In this document: in pieces, positions 30,709 through 38,798 of the stretch
Layout: the number at the start of each line of letters is the position of its first letter
Position numbering within the stretch: the stretch's first letter is position 1
From: Candidatus Micrarchaeota archaeon
GTDB lineage: Archaea > Micrarchaeota > Micrarchaeia > Anstonellales > Bilamarchaeaceae
Assembly: GCA_016926175.1 (NCBI GenBank)
Contig: JAFGPA010000031.1
Coordinates: 7,075 to 71,074, forward strand
Direction: 5' to 3'
DNA: 64,000 nucleotides
Translations under genes and position numbers: made by a program
The notes under the pieces: model-generated
Told to the model about the DNA's origin: nothing
The model's database searches: none
The model's input: the letters and a program-made list of their open reading frames with translations, nothing else

Positions 30709-31326
30709 ATGATGAAGCATTATCCTTATTTCGTTTATGACGCTGTTCTTCTTATTTCATTTATAGTCATAATTCCTGCAGTTTCAATATGGACAAACGC
30801 CATTCAGTTTGCAATTGCATCACCGCTTCTCTTCATGCTTGTTTTCATCTGGAATTTCCAGAAAATCCAGGATTTCAGAAATTCGGTGAAAAATGTCAAA
30901 GGGCTTTCATGGAAGTCAAAATTCCTTTCCATAGGTACAATTATTTTCAGTTACAATGGCCAGGATATTGAATATCATTCGGCAATCCGGGAAAAAACCG
31001 GAAGCCACATATCAGTTGATTATTGCGCTTCAGTAAAGACCCGGAGCAGAAAAAATTTTGAGATAACCAATAAAGGCAATGAATTTTTCGGCGATTTCAT
31101 CGTGTCCGGCGACAGCAAAGCCATAACGCCTGTTAAGAAGCTTGTTTCTGATTTCAACAAAAAATACATGGTTTCAGGAATCAGCCATAAACAAGGGGTG
31201 CTGACTGTTGTCATAAACCTCAGATTCCTGAATGAAAAGGCAGGCCCGGAAAAATCAGCTGAAATGTCTGAATTTCTCTCGGATCTTCTTGAATTTTGTA
31301 TCAGCATCCGGAAAAAACTAAAATAA
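30709..31326 (+). CDS. Hypothetical membrane protein
   Basis: 205 aa with two N-terminal TM helices and a soluble domain. No motif recognised. Confidence 0.5.
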   Translation: MMKHYPYFVYDAVLLISFIVIIPAVSIWTNAIQFAIASPLLFMLVFIWNFQKIQDFRNSVKNVKGLSWKSKFLSIGTIIFSYNGQDIEYHSAIREKTGSHISVDYCASVKTRSRKNFEITNKGNEFFGDFIVSGDSKAITPVKKLVSDFNKKYMVSGISHKQGVLTVVINLRFLNEKAGPEKSAEMSEFLSDLLEFCISIRKKLK

Positions 31327-31380
31327 TTCATGTTATTGTATAAACTACAACTTTAAATACTTGACGGTTTATATACTATT

Positions 31381-33366
31381 GTGGGTGGACGAATGAGATC
31401 CAGATCTATTAAAAGAAATGTTAGGAAAGCAGCTGCTGTTGCAGCGATTGTGGCATTAATACCGTTGGTTGAAAAAACTGCAAAGGCGCAGGAGCCCGAA
31501 AGTGGAACAGCTGAAAGTTCAGAGAGCAAACCTCCTATGCCATTGGAAGGAGAACTGCTTACTGATGATGCAGCAGAATCGTCAGGGACACAAAAGCCAA
31601 AGAAAAGAGTTCTTACCCTTGACGGCGAAACGGAAATAAGCGGAGAAAAGGAAAAAACAAAAAAACAGCCTCCAAAAAAAACTTCTGATAAAACTGAGGA
31701 AGATCCTGTTATTTACGTTGATGAACAGCCGGTTTCAGACCCAAAAGCAGAACAGGATCCTATTCCGGGCATTTTTGCAACCGAAGTAGATCCCACCGGA
31801 AAATTAAGGCCGATAAGCCTTGCACACGCATGGGATATCGGAGGCAATGTCGTTTCAAACGAGGCAGGCTCTTCAGTATATGGTTCTGTACGTTATACCC
31901 TGGAGCATAAGGAATGGTTTGTGGGCAGGTTCAGTTCAGATTCAGGCAACATCTGGTTTGGGCAGCAGGCAGCGCCTTTTACGCGATTGTTTGCCAGTCC
32001 GCAGGTGAAACTCTGGAGATTCAAAGGAGCAACTTATACCAGCCTGGCATCAATTGGCAACATGCCATCATGGTTCCACTGGTACCAGTCAGGCGGGCTT
32101 GGATATTCCCAGGGATTCGGAGGGGATTCAAGACTGAGGCTGGGCGTTGTTGGCGGATGGGCAATGTCTGCTCCTACATACGATAATATATATGCTGATA
32201 TTGCAATGGGCGCATCCTTTGAGGCTAAAAAGCACATGGTTTACGCAATTCCTACATTCATGTATGCTGCATCAAATCCGATTCAGGTTGCATATTATGA
32301 ACATTACAAGCCAAGATTCCAGGATATGGAATTTGGAGCCCAGACAAGATTCTGGAATGACCAGTATACTGCAAGAGCATTCTACAATTTCGGTCTGATA
32401 AGCCAGAAATTAGGCGGAAGACTGACGAGGACAATAAATTTCAGCAATACAGTTGCCGGCGACCTCTATGGCGGCCTTGGGGCAACCCGGTGGGCATCTG
32501 AACTTGGAGGACGATGGGATCCGATGGTTGTAGCTGGCATCAATGTTGTTCTCGGCGGACAACATATCAATTCCACAAACACTTTCAGGTATGAGAGGAT
32601 TCAGCCCGGAAGATCCATTCATGTTAAGACAGAAAGACCTACAAGGCAGGATCCTGGACCTTATGGATTCGGAAGATCTGGAAATCCTGAATGGGATGCT
32701 GAAGTCAACAGGGCAAAGGATAATCTGCTGGAAGCTGACAGCTTCGATGAATTTGCGGCAAATTACAGAACTTCCTCAAGAAGCGAAGTTATTCGCACTG
32801 CAAGGTTCATCGGGGCATTCATGTCTCAGGTTGCATATGCAAACGATGCATATGAGGATATTAACAGCGGCAACATTCTCAGTTCTGAAGCAGAAAGGAT
32901 TTCCCATGTCAATACTGACGTTATGTATTCCTATCTTAGGGCATATGTTGATCACTATGAGCACAATGCACCAAATACCCCTCTTCCAGAGAATCTCAGA
33001 AGAGGAATTGCGATGTGCGGCGGAATCCATGGCCTCATGGCAGATTTCATGAGAAGAAACGGTGTTCCGGCCATTGTTGCATCTGTAAATACCCCAAACG
33101 GCCCTCACATGGTTGCAATTGCACAACCTCCCGGAGCAACAGTATTGCTTGATTATGGAGTTCCATATGAAGCTCCAGGAGGGATGTTCGATGAGGTAAT
33201 CAGGGCTTATGGCCATGAAAAACAAGCTCCTGTTTTCCAGTCTCAGCTGTTTGGTGCAAATGGCTACATGGGCACATATATCACATCTGAGGGCAGACTG
33301 CTTCATGAAAGCATTGGAATTATCAATAGTGAAGTATTGAAGATGGATTTCCTTAATATAAGATAA
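31381..33366 (+). CDS. Secreted 661-aa protein: signal peptide, acidic/Lys-rich linker, beta-rich Gly/aromatic region, C-terminal candidate Cys-His-Asp (transglutaminase-like) domain
   Basis: The N-terminus is KAAAVAAIVALIPLVEKTAKAQ. Residues around 150-395 are rich in G/Y/W/F alternation. The C-terminus is GIAMCGGIHGLMADFMRRNGVPAIV...GPHMVAIA...VLLDYG. Confidence 0.7.
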   Translation: MGGRMRSRSIKRNVRKAAAVAAIVALIPLVEKTAKAQEPESGTAESSESKPPMPLEGELLTDDAAESSGTQKPKKRVLTLDGETEISGEKEKTKKQPPKKTSDKTEEDPVIYVDEQPVSDPKAEQDPIPGIFATEVDPTGKLRPISLAHAWDIGGNVVSNEAGSSVYGSVRYTLEHKEWFVGRFSSDSGNIWFGQQAAPFTRLFASPQVKLWRFKGATYTSLASIGNMPSWFHWYQSGGLGYSQGFGGDSRLRLGVVGGWAMSAPTYDNIYADIAMGASFEAKKHMVYAIPTFMYAASNPIQVAYYEHYKPRFQDMEFGAQTRFWNDQYTARAFYNFGLISQKLGGRLTRTINFSNTVAGDLYGGLGATRWASELGGRWDPMVVAGINVVLGGQHINSTNTFRYERIQPGRSIHVKTERPTRQDPGPYGFGRSGNPEWDAEVNRAKDNLLEADSFDEFAANYRTSSRSEVIRTARFIGAFMSQVAYANDAYEDINSGNILSSEAERISHVNTDVMYSYLRAYVDHYEHNAPNTPLPENLRRGIAMCGGIHGLMADFMRRNGVPAIVASVNTPNGPHMVAIAQPPGATVLLDYGVPYEAPGGMFDEVIRAYGHEKQAPVFQSQLFGANGYMGTYITSEGRLLHESIGIINSEVLKMDFLNIR

Positions 33367-33458
33367 TTTTAGATTTTCTAATTCTTTTTTAGATTATCTT
33401 TTTTTACATTACTTTTAAGATTAGTTATATTTTTATATAACATACGCGAAGAAATCCC

Positions 33459-33878
33459 ATGGAAGACACCATTGAAATATGCGCTGGTTGTGGAAAACTT
33501 CCAAGACCAATAGATTATCTGAACGATCTTTTTCTTTGTTCCAGGTGCGGAAGCAACAAAACCATCATGGTAAGTTCTGAAGATTATGAGAAAACTGCTG
33601 CCAGGCTTGATGAAAAATTTCATAAAAAAATCATTGAAACACGAATTGCATTCGTAAAAGAAGGGCAGCCTCCAAAGATTGCCGGAAAAAAGCCTTCAAA
33701 AAAATCAAAAATCCGTAAATCCGGCCCCAGCAAAACTGTCAAAAAATCAGCCAGAAAAGCAAAACCGGCCAAAAAGCCAAAAACCTTCAAAAAAACACCC
33801 GGGAAGAAAACTGCTGCCAAAAAGAAACTTGTTAAAAAAGCAAAGAAAATCAAAAAGAAACCAAGGAAAAAGAAATGA
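33459..33878 (+). CDS. Zinc-ribbon protein with a histone-H1-like lysine-rich C-terminal tail
   Basis: The N-terminus is CAGCGKL...CSRCGS. The C-terminal ~70 aa read KKPSKKSKIRKSGPSKTVKKSARKAKPAKKPKTFKKTPGKKTAAKKKLVKKAKKIKKKPRKKK. Confidence 0.65.
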   Translation: MEDTIEICAGCGKLPRPIDYLNDLFLCSRCGSNKTIMVSSEDYEKTAARLDEKFHKKIIETRIAFVKEGQPPKIAGKKPSKKSKIRKSGPSKTVKKSARKAKPAKKPKTFKKTPGKKTAAKKKLVKKAKKIKKKPRKKK

Positions 33879-33912
33879 TAATTTTATATAAACTACCACA
33901 TACAATAATGCT

Positions 33913-34473
33913 ATGGTTCAAAAAATGAAACTTCCAGCCAGAGCTGCGGATGTCATTTCTATTGCACCTTTAACTGAAAAAATTTCCGCTTCCTTGACTT
34001 CGTATTTACAATGCGGGATAGAAACCTCAAGAGAGGGTATCTGCGGGATTTACAGCATCAGATTTCAGCCTGGCATGGATGAAAATGTTCTTTTCCTGTT
34101 CTGCAAAGGATATATTGAAGAAAAGAATATCAATTCATCAATTCCTGATCTTGATATTGAAACCAGATTCGATCTTTTTCTTGCTGCTGAAAAAAAAGGC
34201 ATTATAGCCTTGGTAAAACTCAATGATCATGGGGAAAGCAGGTTCAAAACCTTTCTTGCCAGGGGGTTTTATACAATGAACGGCAATCGATATGATGTTC
34301 ATAAGATAGAACTTCTGGATGAAACAACCCCTGATGATCTTTATAAATTCTGCAGGCGTTTTCTTGGCTACAGGAATTTTCCGACGTTAATGCCTGAAAT
34401 TGATGGGCAGCTGGCCCTTGAAATGTTTCGTAAGGCAGAAGAGGCAAGACTGATAAAAGTGGTGAAAAAATGA
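33913..34473 (+). CDS. Hypothetical protein
   Basis: 186-aa ORF whose stop overlaps the next start by 4 nt. No motif recognised. Confidence 0.55.
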   Translation: MVQKMKLPARAADVISIAPLTEKISASLTSYLQCGIETSREGICGIYSIRFQPGMDENVLFLFCKGYIEEKNINSSIPDLDIETRFDLFLAAEKKGIIALVKLNDHGESRFKTFLARGFYTMNGNRYDVHKIELLDETTPDDLYKFCRRFLGYRNFPTLMPEIDGQLALEMFRKAEEARLIKVVKK

Positions 34474-34790
34474 AGAAAAAAGAACTGATTGCAACCAGAA
34501 GCGCAACTCCGGATTCCAGAGGACGGCCAAAAAAATTCACCGGGAAAAATATTTTTGACGTCGCAGTCAATATTCTTGAAAATCATATACGGGAATCAAA
34601 AGGATATTTCATAAGCCAGGATGATATTGCAATAAGCGGACCAATAAAAGAAAGGCATGTTATTGATGCACTTATTACACTTTCGCGAGACAAAGATTCC
34701 AAAACAAAAAAACTATTTGAAGATGTTGCAGCATTAAGCTGTTATGAGCAGGCAAGAAAAACTGTCCGGGAGATACTTACACATTTTTAA
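34470..34790 (+). CDS. Small basic-tailed protein, paralog family member 1 (AT-hook RGRPKK; histone-fold-like core is a hypothesis)
   Basis: 106 aa: SATPDSRGRPKKF...NILENHIRESKGYFISQDDIAISG...ARKTVREILTHF. It shares motifs with 34976..35275, 35344..35709, 35693..36091 and 44629..44970. Confidence 0.6.
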   Translation: MKKKELIATRSATPDSRGRPKKFTGKNIFDVAVNILENHIRESKGYFISQDDIAISGPIKERHVIDALITLSRDKDSKTKKLFEDVAALSCYEQARKTVREILTHF

Positions 34791-34975
34791 ATATTTCATG
34801 ACATATATCCGAATGGGAGGAAAATGAAAATACGAGCAACTGTAAATTGGCAGGTAAATGAACTTGGGTCATCCATACTGAACCTGTTTAAACCAAGTCC
34901 CGGATTGCTGCAAAAAGCCTTTATATCCATGCCTGGGGCTGGAATCAATCAAAAAACCATGTGGAGGGGATTGGC

Positions 34976-35275
34976 ATGAGAAAAAGAATGCATACCCTGC
35001 CTTCAACTCCCGCATCAAAAAACGAGTTCAGCGTTAAAAAGCCAGCTTTGGTTGCTCTTTCCATGAATCTCCTGGAACGCCATCTTAATGAGCTCAATTG
35101 CGACGGATGGCAGTCAAAAAGCCTTATTTCTGAAAACGATGTAAAAATCTCTGTTGAATTTATTATTGATATTCTGGATCCCAAGGCAAGGGAATTGCTG
35201 ATTGCCGTGGCAGAAAAAACACCCTATAATTCTGTCTCTGAGATTATAAAGTCAGCAAAAATCTATTGCAGGTAA
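34976..35275 (+). CDS. Small basic-tailed protein, paralog family member 2
   Basis: ORF 34961..35275 has a GTG start. The ATG at 34976 is preceded by GGAGGGG and forms an ATGA overlap with a 51-codon upstream ORF. PSTPASK...NLLERHLNEL...SLISENDVKISV...SEIIKSAKIY. Confidence 0.55.
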   Translation: MRKRMHTLPSTPASKNEFSVKKPALVALSMNLLERHLNELNCDGWQSKSLISENDVKISVEFIIDILDPKARELLIAVAEKTPYNSVSEIIKSAKIYCR

Positions 35276-35343
35276 TTGATTTTTTAAGCGTTTATAATAA
35301 TATTTATATAAAATGGCTGTTTTTCCAGCCGGAAGCGAATACT

Positions 35344-35709
35344 GTGAATTTTAAAACACCAATCACCAGGCCTGAAATTCCAAGAGTAAAAATGCCAAAG
35401 CCGGCATCTGAGGAGCAGTTGAATTCTTCCTCATCAAAAAGACCATCCCTGTTTCCATTATCTGATGGAAAAAATCTGACTGATAAAGCCATTGAAGTGC
35501 TGGAATCCCAGCTGGTACTGGACCGGGAATCATTTAAAGACGGAGCTGAAGCATTTGTGCTAAGGGAAGCAAAGAATTCCCTGGAAATTCTAAGGCTAAC
35601 TACTGAGAAAAATTCCAAATGCTTAAGTGTTTTGGCCAGAACCTCAGCTGACCATCCATTTCCTGAAATACGCAAAACTGCCAAAGAAATTCTCAGCGAT
35701 CATTACTGA
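35344..35709 (+). CDS. Small basic-tailed protein, paralog family member 3 (most divergent)
   Basis: ORF 35266..35709. Its first 26 codons cover an AT-rich TATA-like tract, so the GTG at 35344 or the ATG at 35392 is more likely. KTPITRPE...EVLESQLVLD...HPFPEIRKTAKEILSDHY. Confidence 0.5.
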   Translation: MNFKTPITRPEIPRVKMPKPASEEQLNSSSSKRPSLFPLSDGKNLTDKAIEVLESQLVLDRESFKDGAEAFVLREAKNSLEILRLTTEKNSKCLSVLARTSADHPFPEIRKTAKEILSDHY

Positions 35710-36091
35710 CGGGGACAATTCCTGAATTGAACCTTAATTTTTCTATTGCTTTTTGTTTTACTGCCGGCAAATCTGAATCTGCAGCTATTTTGCAGATTAA
35801 TTCAATTGATGCAATTGTCCTCGATAATGCCTGAAAGCTGACTGCATCAAGTATGTCATTTTCCATGAGCAAATAGGGGCCATGGGATGTAAAAAGATTC
35901 TTTCTTCCTTCGTTTATTTTTACCTCTGCCAAATGCTGCCTGAGTATTGTTTCAGATGCTGCAAATTTTTCTTTTGTATTTCTCATTATTGTTCCTCTAA
36001 AGTAATGCTTCAATGCTTTCGGCGATGCCGGAGGAGTAGATTGTTCCTGTCTCAATGTTTGTGCTGTCATTTCCCCACCTGTATAAAACAT
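35693..36091 (-). CDS. Small basic-tailed protein, paralog family member 4
   Basis: QSTPPASPKALKHYFRGTIMR...TILRQHLAEVKINEGRKNLFTSHGPYLLMENDILDAV...AVKQKAIEKLRF. It is closest to 44629..44970. An alternative ATG lies at 36070. Confidence 0.55.
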   Translation of the reverse strand: MFYTGGEMTAQTLRQEQSTPPASPKALKHYFRGTIMRNTKEKFAASETILRQHLAEVKINEGRKNLFTSHGPYLLMENDILDAVSFQALSRTIASIELICKIAADSDLPAVKQKAIEKLRFNSGIVPVSNDR

Positions 36092-36200
36092 GTTTTAGAA
36101 AGATATAAAAAGCAGCGTACGGTGCTAGAAAAATTCCATATTTTACCTGATTATTTAGTTATAGTAAATGTTATAAAATCATTTAACCTAATCTGATAGT

Positions 36201-36962
36201 ATGCTTAGCAGATTGCCTGGACTTAAAAGGATTTATACTTCCCCGGAAAATGATAAACATCGCAAAGTAATCGAGGCTGGAATAGCTGCCCAGCAACCAA
36301 TTATCGATGAAATTATAATGAAGGGCATGCATGGCCACCATGAGAACAAAGGTGCCCTTAGAAACTGTGTTGCTCTTTTTGAGGCGGTGAGGAAATCTTC
36401 GATAATACCTGTAAAACCAGGCTGGGACTTTGTTGAATTTGCCTATTTGGTGGCCATTGAATTTGACAGCACCCCCAAACAAATAAAGATTGCACACGGA
36501 ATTCCTGAAGAATATTCCATTCCGAGCAGCGGACCAAATGCATTATTTTCATTAAGAAATTCAAGTACTTTGAATATGGGGCGGCTGATAAAACGGGCCA
36601 AAAGAGAAATTGATTTCATACCAATACTAAAGGCCTTGAACGATATGAAGGTTGCAATACTGAATGCAGAAAGGCCCCTTGCAATCATGGGCATAACCGG
36701 CCCTGAAAAACAATTGAAGCTTGAAAGAGCAACAAGAAATCAGATGAAAGAACTTGCAATTCATGGCATAACCAATGTGCAAATCGATGGTTCAAACCTT
36801 TCGTATGTCCTTACACGAACGAGAGTTGACATGCCAGATTTTGATGAGTATGTAGAAGAAAAAGGATCTTACATTGATTCTCTGATGATTGCCATGGCAA
36901 AAAGACTTAGCTTTGGGTTCAATCCAAAAATTGCAGATTTACAACAGAACCACCATTTATAG
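36201..36962 (+). CDS. Hypothetical protein
   Basis: 253-aa ORF with no recognisable motif. Confidence 0.55.
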   Translation: MLSRLPGLKRIYTSPENDKHRKVIEAGIAAQQPIIDEIIMKGMHGHHENKGALRNCVALFEAVRKSSIIPVKPGWDFVEFAYLVAIEFDSTPKQIKIAHGIPEEYSIPSSGPNALFSLRNSSTLNMGRLIKRAKREIDFIPILKALNDMKVAILNAERPLAIMGITGPEKQLKLERATRNQMKELAIHGITNVQIDGSNLSYVLTRTRVDMPDFDEYVEEKGSYIDSLMIAMAKRLSFGFNPKIADLQQNHHL

Positions 36963-37176
36963 GTGTTTTTTATTTTAAAATATATTCTTAGAATTTCTTG
37001 ATATATTTAGGAAATAGTCTTTTATGCTCTCTGTGCTGAAAAAAACTTCATCGATAAAAACATTCTTTTGAGTTATTTTGGTTGTGGAGGCCACATATTA
37101 TTTATGAAAAATATCGTTTTTATTTTGTTGCAGGAAATGGAAACGAATAAAAATAACATTCTGACAAAATATTATT

Positions 37177-37584
37177 ATGCAAAAAAAGATTTGTGATGGA
37201 ATTGCAATAAACCGGAAAACCGGAAAAAAGATCCGCTTCACCGTTCCAGCCACCTTTCCAGAAAGTACTATGGAAAAATTAAGAACCAATCTGAAGATTA
37301 TACAAATCAATGGAACTAATCTTTCCAAATTCGGTGCAACAACTGATGGAGTTTGCTATATGATAAAAGAAGAATTAAAAGATGCAAAAGCAAAAAAAAT
37401 TACTGAACAGGCATTTGCCATCCAGGAAAAAGCAGAACAACGAGCAGAAAAAGAAGCCGGGTTGGAAACCTGGCAAAAAAAGCAGCTTGTTGCCGATGTT
37501 GTTGTAAGAGAACTTGAGATATTAAGTGGAGAAAAAACCTTTGAGCAAGTTTATCGGGAAGAATTAATGTATTATCGTAAATAA
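37177..37584 (+). CDS. Hypothetical protein with a charged coiled-coil-like C-terminal half
   Basis: 135-aa ORF with a KAKKITEQAFAIQEKAEQRAEKEAGLETWQKKQ helix-like segment. No family recognised. Confidence 0.5.
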   Translation: MQKKICDGIAINRKTGKKIRFTVPATFPESTMEKLRTNLKIIQINGTNLSKFGATTDGVCYMIKEELKDAKAKKITEQAFAIQEKAEQRAEKEAGLETWQKKQLVADVVVRELEILSGEKTFEQVYREELMYYRK

Positions 37585-37623
37585 CACCTTGATAGTAAAC
37601 CAATCTACTACTATAATAACCTT

Positions 37624-37813
37624 ATAAGTAAACCACGAAATAAAGCAAAAACACTTTTTTCGCACTATGGTTTATTGATATGATGTTGATTGGCAGAACC
37701 TGATTGCAGAAGCCCGCTTACACGGGCTAAACTGGCCAAAAGAATGGTTTTTCGCATTTTTTGGGTATTTTCAGTTTACTGATATGATATATTGATTATT
37801 TGGGTTTACTTAT
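37624..37813. repeat. Structured non-coding element: 11-nt inverted repeats, two imperfect direct repeats, central hairpin
   Basis: ATAAGTAAACC at 37624-37634 is exactly the reverse complement of GGTTTACTTAT at 37803-37813. TTTTTCGCA occurs at 37656-37664 and 37748-37756. GTTTATTGATATGAT (37670-37684) matches GTTTACTGATATGAT (37774-37788). The hairpin is AGCCCG-CTTACA-CGGGCT at 37711-37728. Confidence 0.5.
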
Positions 37814-38408
37814 TAGGTGTTTTACAAATAGTATTTGCAATCGTTATTGTACGATTCATTATTTCTAATGTTTTCTTTTCGACATTTTTTACGCCGCTTA
37901 GATATTCCTCAATCTCTATTTTTAGTTCATCAGTTAGTCCTGGGTAATGCTGTATTCTCGTTTTAGGACCAGGACTATTTCTCCATATAAAATATTTCTG
38001 ATAATGAATGGATCTTTTGGTAAAATCGTATATTGCCTTAGCTTCTTCTTTAACTTCGTCATCCCACGCGATGTTATCGATTCTACCTTTTGGATCATCC
38101 ATGCGTTTATTTGGAGGGAATGATAATTCAAATCTTACAAGATATTCAATAGTTTTTCGACATGAATCTAGGGCTGGATAATACTGATTCACAGCATAAC
38201 ACGTTATCATTCCAATATATAACTGATGAATTATGTCGTAACATAAATCTTTGGAGCTAGCATCCCATCTATTCTCATAATTCAGTTTCTTGATTTTTTT
38301 GCATCTTTCAAGAATCTTTTCCCTGTTCTTGTGTAATGAATCCAGATACCTCTCTATCTTGACGCATGGGTCATTGGTTGGAGGTTCAACATCCATTTTC
38401 ATCACCAT
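37806..38408 (-). CDS. Hypothetical protein in an AT-rich islet next to vapBC
   Basis: 200-aa ORF with no recognisable motif. The local sequence is visibly more AT-rich than its surroundings. Confidence 0.55.
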   Translation of the reverse strand: MVMKMDVEPPTNDPCVKIERYLDSLHKNREKILERCKKIKKLNYENRWDASSKDLCYDIIHQLYIGMITCYAVNQYYPALDSCRKTIEYLVRFELSFPPNKRMDDPKGRIDNIAWDDEVKEEAKAIYDFTKRSIHYQKYFIWRNSPGPKTRIQHYPGLTDELKIEIEEYLSGVKNVEKKTLEIMNRTITIANTICKTPNK

Positions 38409-38420
38409 TCTAAAATTCTT

Positions 38421-38798
38421 TTATATTTTCTTAATCTCTTTTTGAATATTCTTATCAAACGTCAGAACGCCAAGCCTCAGCTTCCTGGCATGGTAAACAA
38501 TGCAGGCATCAACAAAGTTCAACTGTTTTTTCTGATTTTTAAAAACATCAAAAACTCCCTTGAAATCACTTGGAGATGTATATAATATTTTGATATTTTT
38601 TGTATTTTCCATTATTTCTAGGAATAAATTAGAATTTCTAAGACTATTTTTGTATAATAACACTGTGGCAGTTTCTCCCACAACATAATCAGGAATCAAA
38701 AGAAAATCTTCATGTTCTTTCATCTGTTTTACTGCTTCTTCATGATTAGCATCTTTTTTAGAATAAAAAGAAATCAAAAAAGAACTGTCAACAATCAT
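38421..38798 (-). CDS. vapC: PIN-domain toxin VapC
   Basis: MIVDSSFLI (Asp4), VVGETAT (Glu), NFVDACIV (Asp) and LTFDKN (Asp) give the PIN acidic quartet. 125 aa. Confidence 0.85.
   Translation of the reverse strand: MIVDSSFLISFYSKKDANHEEAVKQMKEHEDFLLIPDYVVGETATVLLYKNSLRNSNLFLEIMENTKNIKILYTSPSDFKGVFDVFKNQKKQLNFVDACIVYHARKLRLGVLTFDKNIQKEIKKI

Noticed and set aside
36201-36962. Possible homology between the unknown proteins 36201..36962 and 45137..46075, since each follows a member of the small-protein family.
   Set aside because: Manual comparison found only a short, weak resemblance (HGIPEEYSIPSSG versus FGIPAPEHALSFS), which is not enough to claim paralogy.
37680-37740. Possible C/D-box sRNA (TGATGT ... 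CTGA) or a tRNA fragment around the 37711-37728 hairpin.
   Set aside because: There is no second C'/D box pair at the right spacing. The hairpin loop is 6 nt rather than the 7 nt of an anticodon loop, and there is no T-arm or acceptor stem. It is reported only as an unexplained structured element.
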